Below the pieces are notes generated by a model. That model saw only the letters and a program-made list of their open reading frames with translations. It had not been told where the DNA came from and did not search any database. Shown here one piece after another: positions 16,631-26,635 of a DNA stretch of 32,000 nucleotides. The DNA is from an uncultured Lachnospiraceae bacterium (lineage in GTDB: Bacteria > Bacillota > Clostridia > Lachnospirales > Lachnospiraceae). The stretch lies in assembly GCA_910588535.1 (NCBI GenBank), contig CAJUOO010000010.1, forward strand, positions 2,347 through 34,346, written 5' to 3'. The position numbers and the translations under genes are program-made. Each line of letters begins with the position of its first letter. The stretch's first letter is position 1.

Positions 16631-16668
16631 TTGCATATTTTATATTCTTGTTGTATATTTATAACAAA
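16631..16668 (+). promoter_or_regulatory. argG promoter with tandem ARG boxes
   Basis: TTGCAT (16631-16636), 17 nt, TATATT (16654-16659). TTGCATATTTTATATTCT (16631-16648) is the reverse of an ARG box. A weaker second 18-mer TTGTATATTTATAACAAA (16651-16668) follows after 2 bp, which is the classic tandem spacing. Confidence 0.55.
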
Positions 16669-16693
16669 ATACTATTAGGAGGCATTTTTCAGA

Positions 16694-17911
16694 ATGAAAG
16701 ACAAGGTTATCTTAGCTTATTCTGGCGGTCTTGACACCACCGCTATTATTCCATGGCTAAAGGAAAATTATGATTATGATGTAATATGTGTCTGCGCTGA
16801 CGTAGGGCAGGGAAATGAGCTTGACGGGCTTGAGGAGCGCGCAAAGCTCTCTGGCGCATCCAAGCTTTATATTGAAGATCTGGTAGATGAATTTGTAGAT
16901 GATTATGTTATTCCGACTGTTCAGGCTAATGCTGTGTATGAAAATAAATATTTGCTCGGCACTTCTTTCGCAAGACCAGTGATTGCCAAGAGATTGGTGG
17001 AGATCGCCCGCAAAGAGCAGGCTGTCGCTATCTGCCACGGCGCCACTGGAAAAGGCAACGATCAGGTGCGCTTTGAGCTTACTATCAAGGCTTTGGCTCC
17101 TGATCTTAAGATTATTGCTCCTTGGAGATGCAATGAAACTTGGAAGATGCAGTCACGTGAAGATGAGATCGCCTACTGTAAGGAGCACGGCATCGATCTT
17201 CCATTTTCTGCGGACAGCAGCTACAGCCGTGACCGTAATCTATGGCATATCAGCCATGAGGGACTAGAGCTGGAAAATCCTGCAAATGAGCCAAATTATG
17301 ATCACCTGTTGGTGCTTGGCGTAACGCCGGAGAAGGCACCTGACGAGGGAGAATATGTCACCCTAACCTTTGAAAAGGGAGTTCCCACAAGCGTGAATGG
17401 AACTGCCATGAAACCGTCTGATATTATCCGCAAACTTAATGAGCTAGGTGGAAAACATGGCATCGGCATTATTGATATCGTAGAAAATCGTGTGGTTGGA
17501 ATGAAATCCCGCGGCGTGTACGAAACTCCGGGCGGAACCATATTGATGGAGGCACATATGCAGCTTGAGGAGCTGATTTTGGACCGCGATACCCTTGACT
17601 ACAAGAAGCTGGTCGCTGTAAAATTTGCCGATCTTGTATATGAGGGAAAATGGTTCACTCCTCTCAGAGAAGCCTTACAAGCATTTATTACATCCACACA
17701 GCAAAATGTAACAGGTGAAGTGAAATTCAAGCTGTACAAAGGTAATATTATCAAAGCTGGAACAACCTCCCCTTATTCCTTATACAGTGAGTCTCTCGCA
17801 AGTTTCACCACCGGTGAGCTCTATGATCACCACGACGCAGAAGGATTTATTAATCTCTTTGGATTGTCTATGAAAGTAAGAGCGATGTTGGACGCTGAGA
17901 AAAATAAATAG
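16694..17911 (+). CDS. argG: Argininosuccinate synthase
   Basis: Motifs AYSGGLDTT and [22 protein letters not shown] before the ATG. Confidence 0.95.
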   Translation: MKDKVILAYSGGLDTTAIIPWLKENYDYDVICVCADVGQGNELDGLEERAKLSGASKLYIEDLVDEFVDDYVIPTVQANAVYENKYLLGTSFARPVIAKRLVEIARKEQAVAICHGATGKGNDQVRFELTIKALAPDLKIIAPWRCNETWKMQSREDEIAYCKEHGIDLPFSADSSYSRDRNLWHISHEGLELENPANEPNYDHLLVLGVTPEKAPDEGEYVTLTFEKGVPTSVNGTAMKPSDIIRKLNELGGKHGIGIIDIVENRVVGMKSRGVYETPGGTILMEAHMQLEELILDRDTLDYKKLVAVKFADLVYEGKWFTPLREALQAFITSTQQNVTGEVKFKLYKGNIIKAGTTSPYSLYSESLASFTTGELYDHHDAEGFINLFGLSMKVRAMLDAEKNK

Positions 17912-17925
17912 ATAAAAACATTTAT

Positions 17926-17970
17926 GCTCAGATTGCTGCCCTGCTTCAAAAATCAGGCAACAATCTGAGC
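17926..17970 (+). terminator. Long hairpin terminator after argG (convergent with the regulator gene)
   Basis: GCTCAGATTGCTGCC (17926-17940) pairs with GGCAACAATCTGAGC (17956-17970) with one mismatch. The U-tract is weak. Confidence 0.55.
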
Positions 17971-18066
17971 TATTATATTCTTTCTTTGATCTCCTATTGA
18001 TTCATGTGCAAAGACATGTCATCTTTCCCCTAGAAGAAATTGACGCACTAGAATACATTTTAAAGC

Positions 18067-20331
18067 CTAATATGATACTTTCTTCCAAGCTGATGGTGCT
18101 ATCCCTGTCACTCTCTTAAAGGCCCTTCGAAATGTCCCACTGTTTTGGTATCCCACCATCCCAGCAATCTGCTCCAAATGATAGCTTCCCTCCTCTATAA
18201 GTTCTTTTGCCTTATTCATTCTTAACGTCTCTAAATATGTGCTGAAAGTTTCTCCCATAACCTCTTTAAAAAACTGGGAAAAATAATTCTCTGACAACGT
18301 AAATTCCTCCGCTGCCATCGCCACGCCAAATTGTGAATTGCTATAATTTTGACTCATATACTCTGCAAGCTTTTTTTGATAGCTCTCCTCCTGCTCATCC
18401 CTTGAGCGTGCCTGTGCCTCACCAATATAGATAAATTGCTGTTCCAGCAATACCAAAGCCTCAGAAAGCTCTGAGTATCTTAGAATCTCATTGACCAGCT
18501 TATCCAGAGCCTCATGTGGGATCACATCGTTATATACCCGAATCAGTGTAGCGACAATATTTGAGATCAATATTCTGCCCATCGCCGCGGACAGACGACG
18601 TTTCTCCACATTCTCCTTTCGAATACAGCCAAAAATCTCTCTTATCTGCTTAAGCTGAGCATGCTTTGTCGTGTTTACCAGCTTGTTCTCCAGTTCTGTC
18701 GGATAATACATAGAATGAAAATCCTGTGATATATGACTGTATAATGTTACCGCCTCCTTTGTCTGTAACGCAGCACTGTATATCGACTGCTTGTAAGAAA
18801 AATGAATATCCCTCTCATCCTCATACAGTCTTCCCACGCCCGCCTTCTGACTTTCTCCCAGAGCAGCGCTAAGCCTCTGTGCCATGCCTTCCACCAACTC
18901 TAAAAGCTTCTCTGCTTCCTTTGCACCGTGGAATCCAAAAAGCACAGACAGATATTCCTTTCCCCCATCTATAACAAGGACGTTCTGCCATTCTTGCATT
19001 AACAAGCACTCTGCACCTCGTCTTGGCTCCTCCATCACAAAAGAGGCAACACCGTACAATTGACCACCCAATTTTATTCCAATCAGTGATCCCTCTCGCA
19101 CAATATCCTCATTTTCGCGAAACTCCCCTGAAAACAGATAACTTAAAAAATTCTGCCTCTCCTTCGCCTGCTTTTCCTTTAAAGTGATCTGCATACTGCG
19201 ATTAGTCAACAGAATCTGCTTGATACCTGATTCCAGATGCTCGTACTCGCTCTTTTCGCCGGGTGTCTCCTGCATCACTGTATTGTCTGAACCAAGAAGC
19301 AGATACACATTCTTTATCAGATTTCTAACCGGAGCTGAGTACTTCCATGCAAAATAGATACCAAGCGCCAGCTCAAACAAAACGCTTACCACCATCATAG
19401 TGAGCGAAGTATACCACAATCTTCTGCCATCCTCAAGCACAACCGATTCAGGAATAATGGCAGCAACAATCAAATCCTGCTCATCAGAACGAGAATATAC
19501 AAGCAAAGCTGGCTCTTCTCCTATCTGGGCATCCATGTTCCCTTTTGATTCCGAAAGCCTGTCTGCCGAAAACTGAATTTCTTCTATTTCATAATTGGAT
19601 AATCTTGCCAGAGTCTCCCCTTTTTTATTTAACAACAGCACTTGGCAGCCCTCACGGTTAAGCAGCGGTAAAAAATAATTTCTCAGCTCCTCCTCCCGTA
19701 TCAGAAACTGTACTACTGCATCCGCCTCCCTGACATCCTTTAAGCTACTGACAATTGGATAACTGTAGGTCAAAGCCGAGATCGTCTCCTTATCCATCTT
19801 AATGCTGCTCAAAGGCAATATGGTGCGCTCCATCGCCAAAAAACTCTTCTCATACCACTCCTCATAATCCATAGCGGCATAATTTCTGCCATGAGAAAAA
19901 TAAAATTCCCTTCCCTGTGTCACTCCATTTCCATAAAAAACATATTCATTCTTGAGAAATAAGCCATACGCATAGAGCAGGCTAGAATCTGCAAATATAT
20001 CATTTAAACGCTTGTGAAATTCCGTCACAAACCAGACATTAGAGCTTCCCGGCTGCAGCGGTTCCATCTCTACCATTCTTCTTAATGTATAATCATAGGC
20101 CAGATACATAACATTGGAATCCATCGCCTGCAGCCGCTCCTCCAAGAGCAGCTCACCCTGCTGTATATTGTTCGATATCTCATCAATCCCTCTTCGCTCA
20201 GAAAGATGATATGCCGTTATAGAAAAACCGACAGCAAGTGCCGCTGGAACCATCAACATTGCAATATAAGAAACTAATATTATAGAAAATGCTTTCTTCA
20301 ACTTAAAACGCCTGTGAAAACCTCTTTCCAT
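18067..20331 (-). CDS. Membrane-bound AraC-family transcriptional regulator, YesS-like (TM - extracytoplasmic sensor - TM - cytoplasmic linker - AraC HTH)
   Basis: Two hydrophobic segments (IILVSYIAMLMVPAALAVGF; LTMMVVSVLFELALGIYFAW) flank ~270 aa. The C-terminal AraC HTH reads FSQFFKEVMGETFSTYL..IAGMVGYQNSGTFRRAFKRVTG. Size and layout recall B. subtilis YesS. Confidence 0.75.
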   Translation of the reverse strand: MERGFHRRFKLKKAFSIILVSYIAMLMVPAALAVGFSITAYHLSERRGIDEISNNIQQGELLLEERLQAMDSNVMYLAYDYTLRRMVEMEPLQPGSSNVWFVTEFHKRLNDIFADSSLLYAYGLFLKNEYVFYGNGVTQGREFYFSHGRNYAAMDYEEWYEKSFLAMERTILPLSSIKMDKETISALTYSYPIVSSLKDVREADAVVQFLIREEELRNYFLPLLNREGCQVLLLNKKGETLARLSNYEIEEIQFSADRLSESKGNMDAQIGEEPALLVYSRSDEQDLIVAAIIPESVVLEDGRRLWYTSLTMMVVSVLFELALGIYFAWKYSAPVRNLIKNVYLLLGSDNTVMQETPGEKSEYEHLESGIKQILLTNRSMQITLKEKQAKERQNFLSYLFSGEFRENEDIVREGSLIGIKLGGQLYGVASFVMEEPRRGAECLLMQEWQNVLVIDGGKEYLSVLFGFHGAKEAEKLLELVEGMAQRLSAALGESQKAGVGRLYEDERDIHFSYKQSIYSAALQTKEAVTLYSHISQDFHSMYYPTELENKLVNTTKHAQLKQIREIFGCIRKENVEKRRLSAAMGRILISNIVATLIRVYNDVIPHEALDKLVNEILRYSELSEALVLLEQQFIYIGEAQARSRDEQEESYQKKLAEYMSQNYSNSQFGVAMAAEEFTLSENYFSQFFKEVMGETFSTYLETLRMNKAKELIEEGSYHLEQIAGMVGYQNSGTFRRAFKRVTGIAPSAWKKVSY

Positions 20332-20359
20332 CCACTATATATTTCCTTCCTGCAAAAGC

Positions 20360-21256
20360 TTATCCTTTTAATGACCCAATCATAACTCCCTTTACAAAAT
20401 GCTTCTGCACTGCTGGGTACAGAGCGATAACCGGAAGACTTCCGAATACAATAACCGCATATTTTAACACCTCAATCATAGCTGCACGATTGCTTTGATC
20501 GACAGTTGCATCTGCCATCTCTTGAAGTGCCGCCGCCGTGCTCATAATATTGCGCAGAACAACCTGAAGTGTAAATTTCTCCTCCGAGGAGAGATAGATG
20601 TAGGCATCAAAGTATGTATTCCAGTGAGCTACCGCATAGTATAATACCAGCACAGCAAGAATGGACTTTGAAAGCGGCAGCACCAGCCTTGTCATAATAC
20701 AGACATCGTCCGCTCCATCCAGACGTGCTGCCTCCAGCATCTCATCTGGTATTGTATTCTGGAAAAAGGTTCTGGCGATAATCAGGTTATAGACCGAAAT
20801 TGCACCCGGTAGCACCATCGCCCAGATTGTATTTACCAGCCCAAGCTGCTCGATATTGATATAGGTTGGAATCAGTGGAGCTGTGAAAATCATGGTGAAT
20901 ACAAACAAGCCCGTCAAAGCCTTGCGTCCCACAAAATCCTTTACTGAAAGCGGATATGCAGCAAGTACTGTCATTATGATATTGATCGTTGTTCCTACCA
21001 CAGTATAGATAATGGAATTTCTATATCCTATCAACAGCATCCTAGACTGGAAAATCTGCTTATATGCATCCAGATTAAAGCCGATCGGCCAAAATGTCAC
21101 CTGTCCTCTGATCAGAGCAGATGGCGAGGACACAGAGGACACTAACACATTGACAAGTGGTGCGGCAACAATAACAAACGCAAGCAGAAGAAGAACATTG
21201 TTACATATATAAAAAATCCGATTTTCTCTTGATATTGTTTTCTTTTTTCCGTTCAT
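20360..21256 (-). CDS. Carbohydrate ABC transporter permease (LplC/YtcP-like)
   Basis: EAA loop EAARLDGADDVCIMTRLVLPLSK and six predicted TM segments. The start is set at ATG 21256 (MNGKKK) with GGAGG upstream, inside the end of the preceding gene. Confidence 0.85.
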   Translation of the reverse strand: MNGKKKTISRENRIFYICNNVLLLLAFVIVAAPLVNVLVSSVSSPSALIRGQVTFWPIGFNLDAYKQIFQSRMLLIGYRNSIIYTVVGTTINIIMTVLAAYPLSVKDFVGRKALTGLFVFTMIFTAPLIPTYINIEQLGLVNTIWAMVLPGAISVYNLIIARTFFQNTIPDEMLEAARLDGADDVCIMTRLVLPLSKSILAVLVLYYAVAHWNTYFDAYIYLSSEEKFTLQVVLRNIMSTAAALQEMADATVDQSNRAAMIEVLKYAVIVFGSLPVIALYPAVQKHFVKGVMIGSLKG

Positions 21257-21266
21257 TATGCACCTC

Positions 21267-22214
21267 CTACCACAAGCTTGTCTCATTGAGCTTCTTTGAG
21301 ATCGCGTTTACAGTCACCAGAAGGATCAAGGACACCACAGACTGAAACAACCCAATCGCCGTAGAATAACTGTACTGCATGCCCTGAAGTCCTATGCGGT
21401 ACACATAGGTTGAGATAATATCTGAGGTCTGCACATTGAGATCATTCTGCATTAACAGAACCTTCTCATACCCAAGAGACATAACCTTTCCGCAGGCCAT
21501 AATCAACAATATCACCGCAGTGGGCATAATGCTTGGAATATCAATATGGCGAATCCTCTGCCAGATAGAAGCGCCGTCCACCGTCGCTGCTTCATGGAGC
21601 TGCTGGTCCACCGCAGCCAACGCTGATATGTAGATAACTGCATTATATCCTGTCATCTTCCAGACATCTGAAAATACATACATCGTCTTAAATAGCTTTG
21701 GCTTCCCCATAAAATGGACCCTCTCTCCGCCAAGTGTCTCCACTATATTATTGACAGGACCACTTAATGAAAACATCTGGTTTAATATACCAATAACCAG
21801 CACTGTGGAGATAAAATACGGCATATATGTAACCATCTGCACAGTTTTCCCCCATATACGGTTTCTTACATAGCTCAGTGCAAGAGCGAGAATGATAGGA
21901 GGGAATATTCCAACCACAATATTATAGATGGAAAGACCCAATGTATTCATCAAGACTCTGGAAAATTGTGGAGACTTAAAAAAAGTGACAAAATGTTTTA
22001 TGCCCGCCCAAGGGCTTCCCCAGATCCCATCCTTGAAATTATAATTGCGGAATGCAATCTGAGAACCTATAATTGGCTTATATTTAAAAACAATAAGATA
22101 AATAACTGGCAGCAGAATAATCAAATAGAGCTGCCAGTGACGCAAAATCTTCTTTTTTAAGGAGCCGGCAGCTTTCGCTGCCGGTGCCCCCGAATGATTT
22201 CCTATCTTCGCCAT
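21267..22214 (-). CDS. Carbohydrate ABC transporter permease (LplB/YteP-like)
   Basis: EAA loop EAATVDGASIWQRIRHIDIPS. N-terminal pattern FKYKPIIGSQIAFRNY typical of LplB-type permeases. Confidence 0.85.
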   Translation of the reverse strand: MAKIGNHSGAPAAKAAGSLKKKILRHWQLYLIILLPVIYLIVFKYKPIIGSQIAFRNYNFKDGIWGSPWAGIKHFVTFFKSPQFSRVLMNTLGLSIYNIVVGIFPPIILALALSYVRNRIWGKTVQMVTYMPYFISTVLVIGILNQMFSLSGPVNNIVETLGGERVHFMGKPKLFKTMYVFSDVWKMTGYNAVIYISALAAVDQQLHEAATVDGASIWQRIRHIDIPSIMPTAVILLIMACGKVMSLGYEKVLLMQNDLNVQTSDIISTYVYRIGLQGMQYSYSTAIGLFQSVVSLILLVTVNAISKKLNETSLW

Positions 22215-22261
22215 CAGAAACCTTCCTCTCTACTCCATTTCGGAACACTTGATTACTCTAC

Positions 22262-24010
22262 CTATTTTGCAAAGGATGACGCATTATATGCATTCTGAAG
22301 CATCTCCAGATAGCGGCTTAGTCCAATACTCTCAAGACTTGCCTTATAAGACTCCCACTCACTGTCAATATCCTTCTCTCCTGTAATAAACTGCACCATC
22401 ATTTCCTTCTGAGTATCCTGAATCGTCGTGCTCAGCAAGGACATCTCTGCTGTATCCGCATCGGACATATACAGATCTGGCATTACACTTTCCAATGGCT
22501 GCTGTACCTTCTGATGATCCAGAGAAGCTCTGTACATAACAATCTGGCGTCCTGTCAGTGGAGCCACATCCTCCGCATAAGGATCTGGATTGGTCGTCTC
22601 ACCCACTATCATATCAGGCTTGCGAATCAAGCATGCAAGCTGTCCCCATGTCTGATTTGTATTATCTGCACCTGTGCGCTTATATACAGCAGGACTTCCG
22701 TCCATACCAGTTTCTCCTGCCTCAGCCGCTGTCCAGTGAACCCCCTCAATTCCTACCGCAGAGCGCATGGTACCTTCTTCTGTTGCCAGATAATCAAGGA
22801 AACGGAACGCTGCCTCAGGATTTGAACAGGTGCTGGAAATATATGTCATACCTGTCTGATACATAACATATGGATTCCAAGAGGCTGTCACCTGACCATC
22901 TGGTCCTTTTAGCGGTGCAACTGACTGATATTGTTCCCATTTCTTAGAATTTGGAATGGTTGTCAGATCACATGCATACCCCGGCCTCTGTGCCAAAAAT
23001 GCTCCGATCACACAGTCCTCACCTGCCTCATTGACATTCACCTGATTCACCCTGTCCTGTGTAAAGGACTCTGGATTAATAAGTCCCTCTGCCCACAGTT
23101 TATTTAAGTACTTCAAGCCTTCTTTATAATTATCCTGAACAGGCGCATATGTGACAACTCCATTGTCAATATATAGCTTTGTATTCTCAGATGTCTGCTG
23201 GAACGGATTCATAAGAAAACCATCTATCTGTGTTCCGGCGCCACTTGTCACAGTGGAGAAAGGAATCTCGTCATTTGGATTGCCGTTGCCATTTGCATCC
23301 TGCTCCTTAAATGCCTTTAACACATTATAAAATTCATCTGTCGTGGTTGGCATAGAAAGACCAAGATTATCCAGCCATGTCGTGTTCAGCCACAACTTCA
23401 TATTATATTGTACATGCAAAGAACCATCTACATTTGGAAGAGAATAGATATTCCCGTCTGGTGTCGTAATATAATCTCTAAGCCCGTCCAGCTCCTCAAA
23501 AGCAGCTTTATAGCCTACAGATATTGTATCCAGATATTCATTCAGGGGAAGTACAAGCCCCTGTGAGCCAAACATTGACTCAGATGCCTTATCATAGCGG
23601 CTGGATGCTGAAACTCCTGTCAGAATAATATCTGTCATATTCTTTGAAGCAAACATAACACTAATCTTATCGCGCACATTCTCAGAAGCCGCCGCGATCT
23701 GCCAGTCCAGACGGATGCCTGTAAGCTCCTCCAACTCCTTTGTCTGCGTATTGTCTATATAACTGTACTCACCGTTCGCCGGCGCAAAGATAGTCAGGGT
23801 AACTGGCTCCTTCACAATGGGAAGTGTACCCGGTTCATTAAAGATAGAATCCTCCCCCTGAGCCGTCGTGCTCCCCTGCTGTGTACCTGTAGTCGTGGAC
23901 TTTTGTGTTGTAGGATCTGAATTCGTCCCGGTATTGCCGCCACAGCCGCTCAACATGCTTCCTGTCATAGAAGCTACCATTAACAGTGCCAAAGCTCTTT
24001 TTGATTTCAT
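22262..24010 (-). CDS. Large extracellular solute-binding lipoprotein (LplA-like) of the sugar ABC importer
   Basis: Lipobox LSGCGG followed by a T/S/Q-rich linker. A ~580-aa SBP located upstream of two LplB/C-type permeases. Confidence 0.85.
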   Translation of the reverse strand: MKSKRALALLMVASMTGSMLSGCGGNTGTNSDPTTQKSTTTGTQQGSTTAQGEDSIFNEPGTLPIVKEPVTLTIFAPANGEYSYIDNTQTKELEELTGIRLDWQIAAASENVRDKISVMFASKNMTDIILTGVSASSRYDKASESMFGSQGLVLPLNEYLDTISVGYKAAFEELDGLRDYITTPDGNIYSLPNVDGSLHVQYNMKLWLNTTWLDNLGLSMPTTTDEFYNVLKAFKEQDANGNGNPNDEIPFSTVTSGAGTQIDGFLMNPFQQTSENTKLYIDNGVVTYAPVQDNYKEGLKYLNKLWAEGLINPESFTQDRVNQVNVNEAGEDCVIGAFLAQRPGYACDLTTIPNSKKWEQYQSVAPLKGPDGQVTASWNPYVMYQTGMTYISSTCSNPEAAFRFLDYLATEEGTMRSAVGIEGVHWTAAEAGETGMDGSPAVYKRTGADNTNQTWGQLACLIRKPDMIVGETTNPDPYAEDVAPLTGRQIVMYRASLDHQKVQQPLESVMPDLYMSDADTAEMSLLSTTIQDTQKEMMVQFITGEKDIDSEWESYKASLESIGLSRYLEMLQNAYNASSFAK

Positions 24011-24197
24011 AATAAATACCCTCCTTCATATCTTCTATTATGTCTTGCTTCTGACACCTTAATCATAATTTTCTTTTCACTCTACGACAAGCTTCACTTC
24101 CCTCGCTGAGCATGCATTTGCCTTGTTCCCCACCATACAATTTCCCTGTCAACATTCATTTTCACCGATTCGATGCAAATTCTAACTCACCGGCAAA

Positions 24198-26309
24198 TTA
24201 TCTCCAAAAAGCTATTCTGTGTGCCATTGTATAAAATGCAACTGGATTTCCTATTACCAGAGTACTGGTGCCTCCCGCATACATGCGAAGTACATGAAAC
24301 ACAATTCCCTCCAGACATGACACCATCAAAAAACATCGATACAGATGCATAGGAAACTTTTCATCGCAAGTCAGACAATATTCATATAATGAAAACAACA
24401 ACGGGCACACCGCCAGATAAAGCATCCATGTAAAATCACTATAATAGCGTGGCAGAATCCCCGCCATCTGCGTGTCTGCCACTATCACAACCACCGAGAA
24501 GACAAAAGAAAACACGCTTATTCTACGGCTGCAGGCATCCTTATTATATCTCTTAAGCCACGGCAGTAAAAATAACGGCCAAAGTATTAGATTCGCAGCA
24601 AATACTCCGCCGTAAGTATTCTCCCATATCGTCTTTCCAAGATAAGTACTAGAAAAACTGCTTCGTACAAGAAATGGAAATACTGCTTCCACATTCACTG
24701 GCTGAAATAGGTACGTAAATACTCCAAGCCCAATTCTTCCAAGCTCCATTCCCCTAGCTGTCATATCATTTGTCGTCAGATTATAATTTGCTCCAAAATC
24801 AACAGGTGAACCAAAACGTGCATAATTATAATACATCAGCCCCACAGCTACAACAAGGTAGGGAAGTACAAAGCAAGATCCCTGCTTCCACCTAAGAAGC
24901 CTTCTCTCTTTTATCTCATCCCAAAACAAAAAAATAGACAGAAAAGACATAATCACCATCTGAGGACGGCAGCCCGCCACCAAAGCCATACATAAGGAAC
25001 CTAAAAACAATCTTCCTGCAGATAATTTTCCCTCCTCTTTCCTTCTGCGCTTTGCAGACAACCAGAAAAAAAGCCCAAACAAAGAGAACATCATCCCACA
25101 GACAATTGGCACTGAATAAAAATCCGCATGTAACAATATAGTAAGTATCCCACATCCCATACTAAACATGGCTGCCAGAAATAGATACAGCACAAATGGT
25201 GTTCTTCTGTACCAGAGACGAACAATCTCCCGAAGCAGCAGATAGACAGCTATCACCTCCATTGCCGCACAAAGAAAGATAACGGTGATATGTGGGAGGA
25301 TGCCCCCCTGAAACTCCCCATTCTCATCTACATTTCCCGCAAGCTCATAGTAAGGGTAATAAAACAACAGCTCTGGCACTACCCCAAAGTAAACATAATA
25401 GCGGCCATTAAAGTATGCATAATCCCAGCCCACACTCTCCTCAAGCTCCGACGCCATCTTGTTCCTCAAGTCTGTATCATAAGGATTATCTATCTTTTTT
25501 AGAAATTCTGGTGGTTCCTTCTTCAGATATAGTTGTCCTTCATGAAATGCCTCTGCAAGCTCATAATACTGATTATGGTGTGCCCATCTGGGATAGACGA
25601 AATAGGGGTTTAGCAAAATCACTCTGGCAAATAAAAGAATCTCCGCCAAAATACAAACCCATATCACCAACTCATGTACTATTGTATCCCTGCACATAAC
25701 ATGATACGCCCGCGAGCTTGGACGAAGCAGATACAAAAGTGACATAATCGCACCCAAAGCTGCCACCCTTATAATAGAAAAATCAAATGGAATCCGCGGA
25801 TTAACCACGATCTCATAGATGGTAAGAATCTCCCCCGCGCTCGCGGCAAGATCATATCTCACCCACTCACTCAAACCACTTAAATGTGTTATCATATAAG
25901 TAGTTTGAGGAACTTCATGTACAATATCTCTCTTGCCAAGTGTAAAGCCTAGAGAATTTGCTTTATCCTGTGCTTCAATGCTCACATACAGTTTTTTATT
26001 CTCATAGCCTTTTATAATATCTTTCTCCCTCTCTGGACTTTTCTGTGCAATCTTTCTCTCAGTGCTATAGCCTATATCCAGCCGAAGTGACTGCACCTCG
26101 CGCATAAGATCTGGAAGAGTAATGGTGTACTCTCCTTTCTCCAAAATCAAAAAACGCCCATCCCCCAAAGGCATCAGGCCACTTCCAACTTCATAATGTG
26201 GAATATACTCCTCATTATGAAATGTCAAATAAAACTTATAATTAAACAGGGAAAGCTCAAGAACTAGAGCAAGCAAGAAAAACATACCATATTTATACTT
26301 TCGCATCAT
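24198..26309 (-). CDS. Polytopic membrane protein with an N-terminal extracytoplasmic domain; possible GT-C-fold glycosyltransferase
   Basis: The start is set at ATG 26309 (MMRKYKYG) with GGAGG 6 nt upstream. One TM segment, a ~190-aa soluble segment, then more than 10 TM segments. The loop WAHHNQYYELAEAFHEGQLYL...DYAYFNGRYYVYFGVVPELL resembles first-loop motifs of GT-C/PMT-like enzymes. That resemblance is from memory, with no database check. Confidence 0.6.
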   Translation of the reverse strand: MMRKYKYGMFFLLALVLELSLFNYKFYLTFHNEEYIPHYEVGSGLMPLGDGRFLILEKGEYTITLPDLMREVQSLRLDIGYSTERKIAQKSPEREKDIIKGYENKKLYVSIEAQDKANSLGFTLGKRDIVHEVPQTTYMITHLSGLSEWVRYDLAASAGEILTIYEIVVNPRIPFDFSIIRVAALGAIMSLLYLLRPSSRAYHVMCRDTIVHELVIWVCILAEILLFARVILLNPYFVYPRWAHHNQYYELAEAFHEGQLYLKKEPPEFLKKIDNPYDTDLRNKMASELEESVGWDYAYFNGRYYVYFGVVPELLFYYPYYELAGNVDENGEFQGGILPHITVIFLCAAMEVIAVYLLLREIVRLWYRRTPFVLYLFLAAMFSMGCGILTILLHADFYSVPIVCGMMFSLFGLFFWLSAKRRRKEEGKLSAGRLFLGSLCMALVAGCRPQMVIMSFLSIFLFWDEIKERRLLRWKQGSCFVLPYLVVAVGLMYYNYARFGSPVDFGANYNLTTNDMTARGMELGRIGLGVFTYLFQPVNVEAVFPFLVRSSFSSTYLGKTIWENTYGGVFAANLILWPLFLLPWLKRYNKDACSRRISVFSFVFSVVVIVADTQMAGILPRYYSDFTWMLYLAVCPLLFSLYEYCLTCDEKFPMHLYRCFLMVSCLEGIVFHVLRMYAGGTSTLVIGNPVAFYTMAHRIAFWR

Positions 26310-26408
26310 AGATATCCTCCTTGGGTTACAGTATATCAAAAAATACTTATGTAGGCTAGGATATACTTTCCTTATAAGCATAACTTCTTGTAGGATGCAT
26401 TTTCTTTC

Positions 26409-26604
26409 ATCATTTTCGGAAAAGGTCCGTATAGCCCGTCCGCTGTTTCCTCCGTCACCCCGCTCCCGCTTAGTGAAAAACGTAACGGATACTAAGCTCG
26501 TAAAAAACCTCGCTAAGTACCGACGTTTTTCAATAGGTTCCTTGAGGAAAACAGCGGGCGGGCTATACTGTTTTACTAGATGTTTCAGATACGCTGTGAT
26601 TCTG
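26409..26604 (+). repeat. Hairpin-repeat family, copy A (left inverted repeat of the 26409-27165 composite)
   Basis: Outer stem 26429-26452 / 26544-26568 (~24 bp, one G-T pair and one bulge). It carries the 35-nt block 26448-26482 and the 25-nt block 26524-26548, both identical to copy B. 5' motif ATCATTTTCGGAAAAGGTCCG. 3' extension ACGCTGTGATTCTG. Confidence 0.8.
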
Positions 26605-26635
26605 CATATATTTACAATTCCATGTCTATTTTTAT

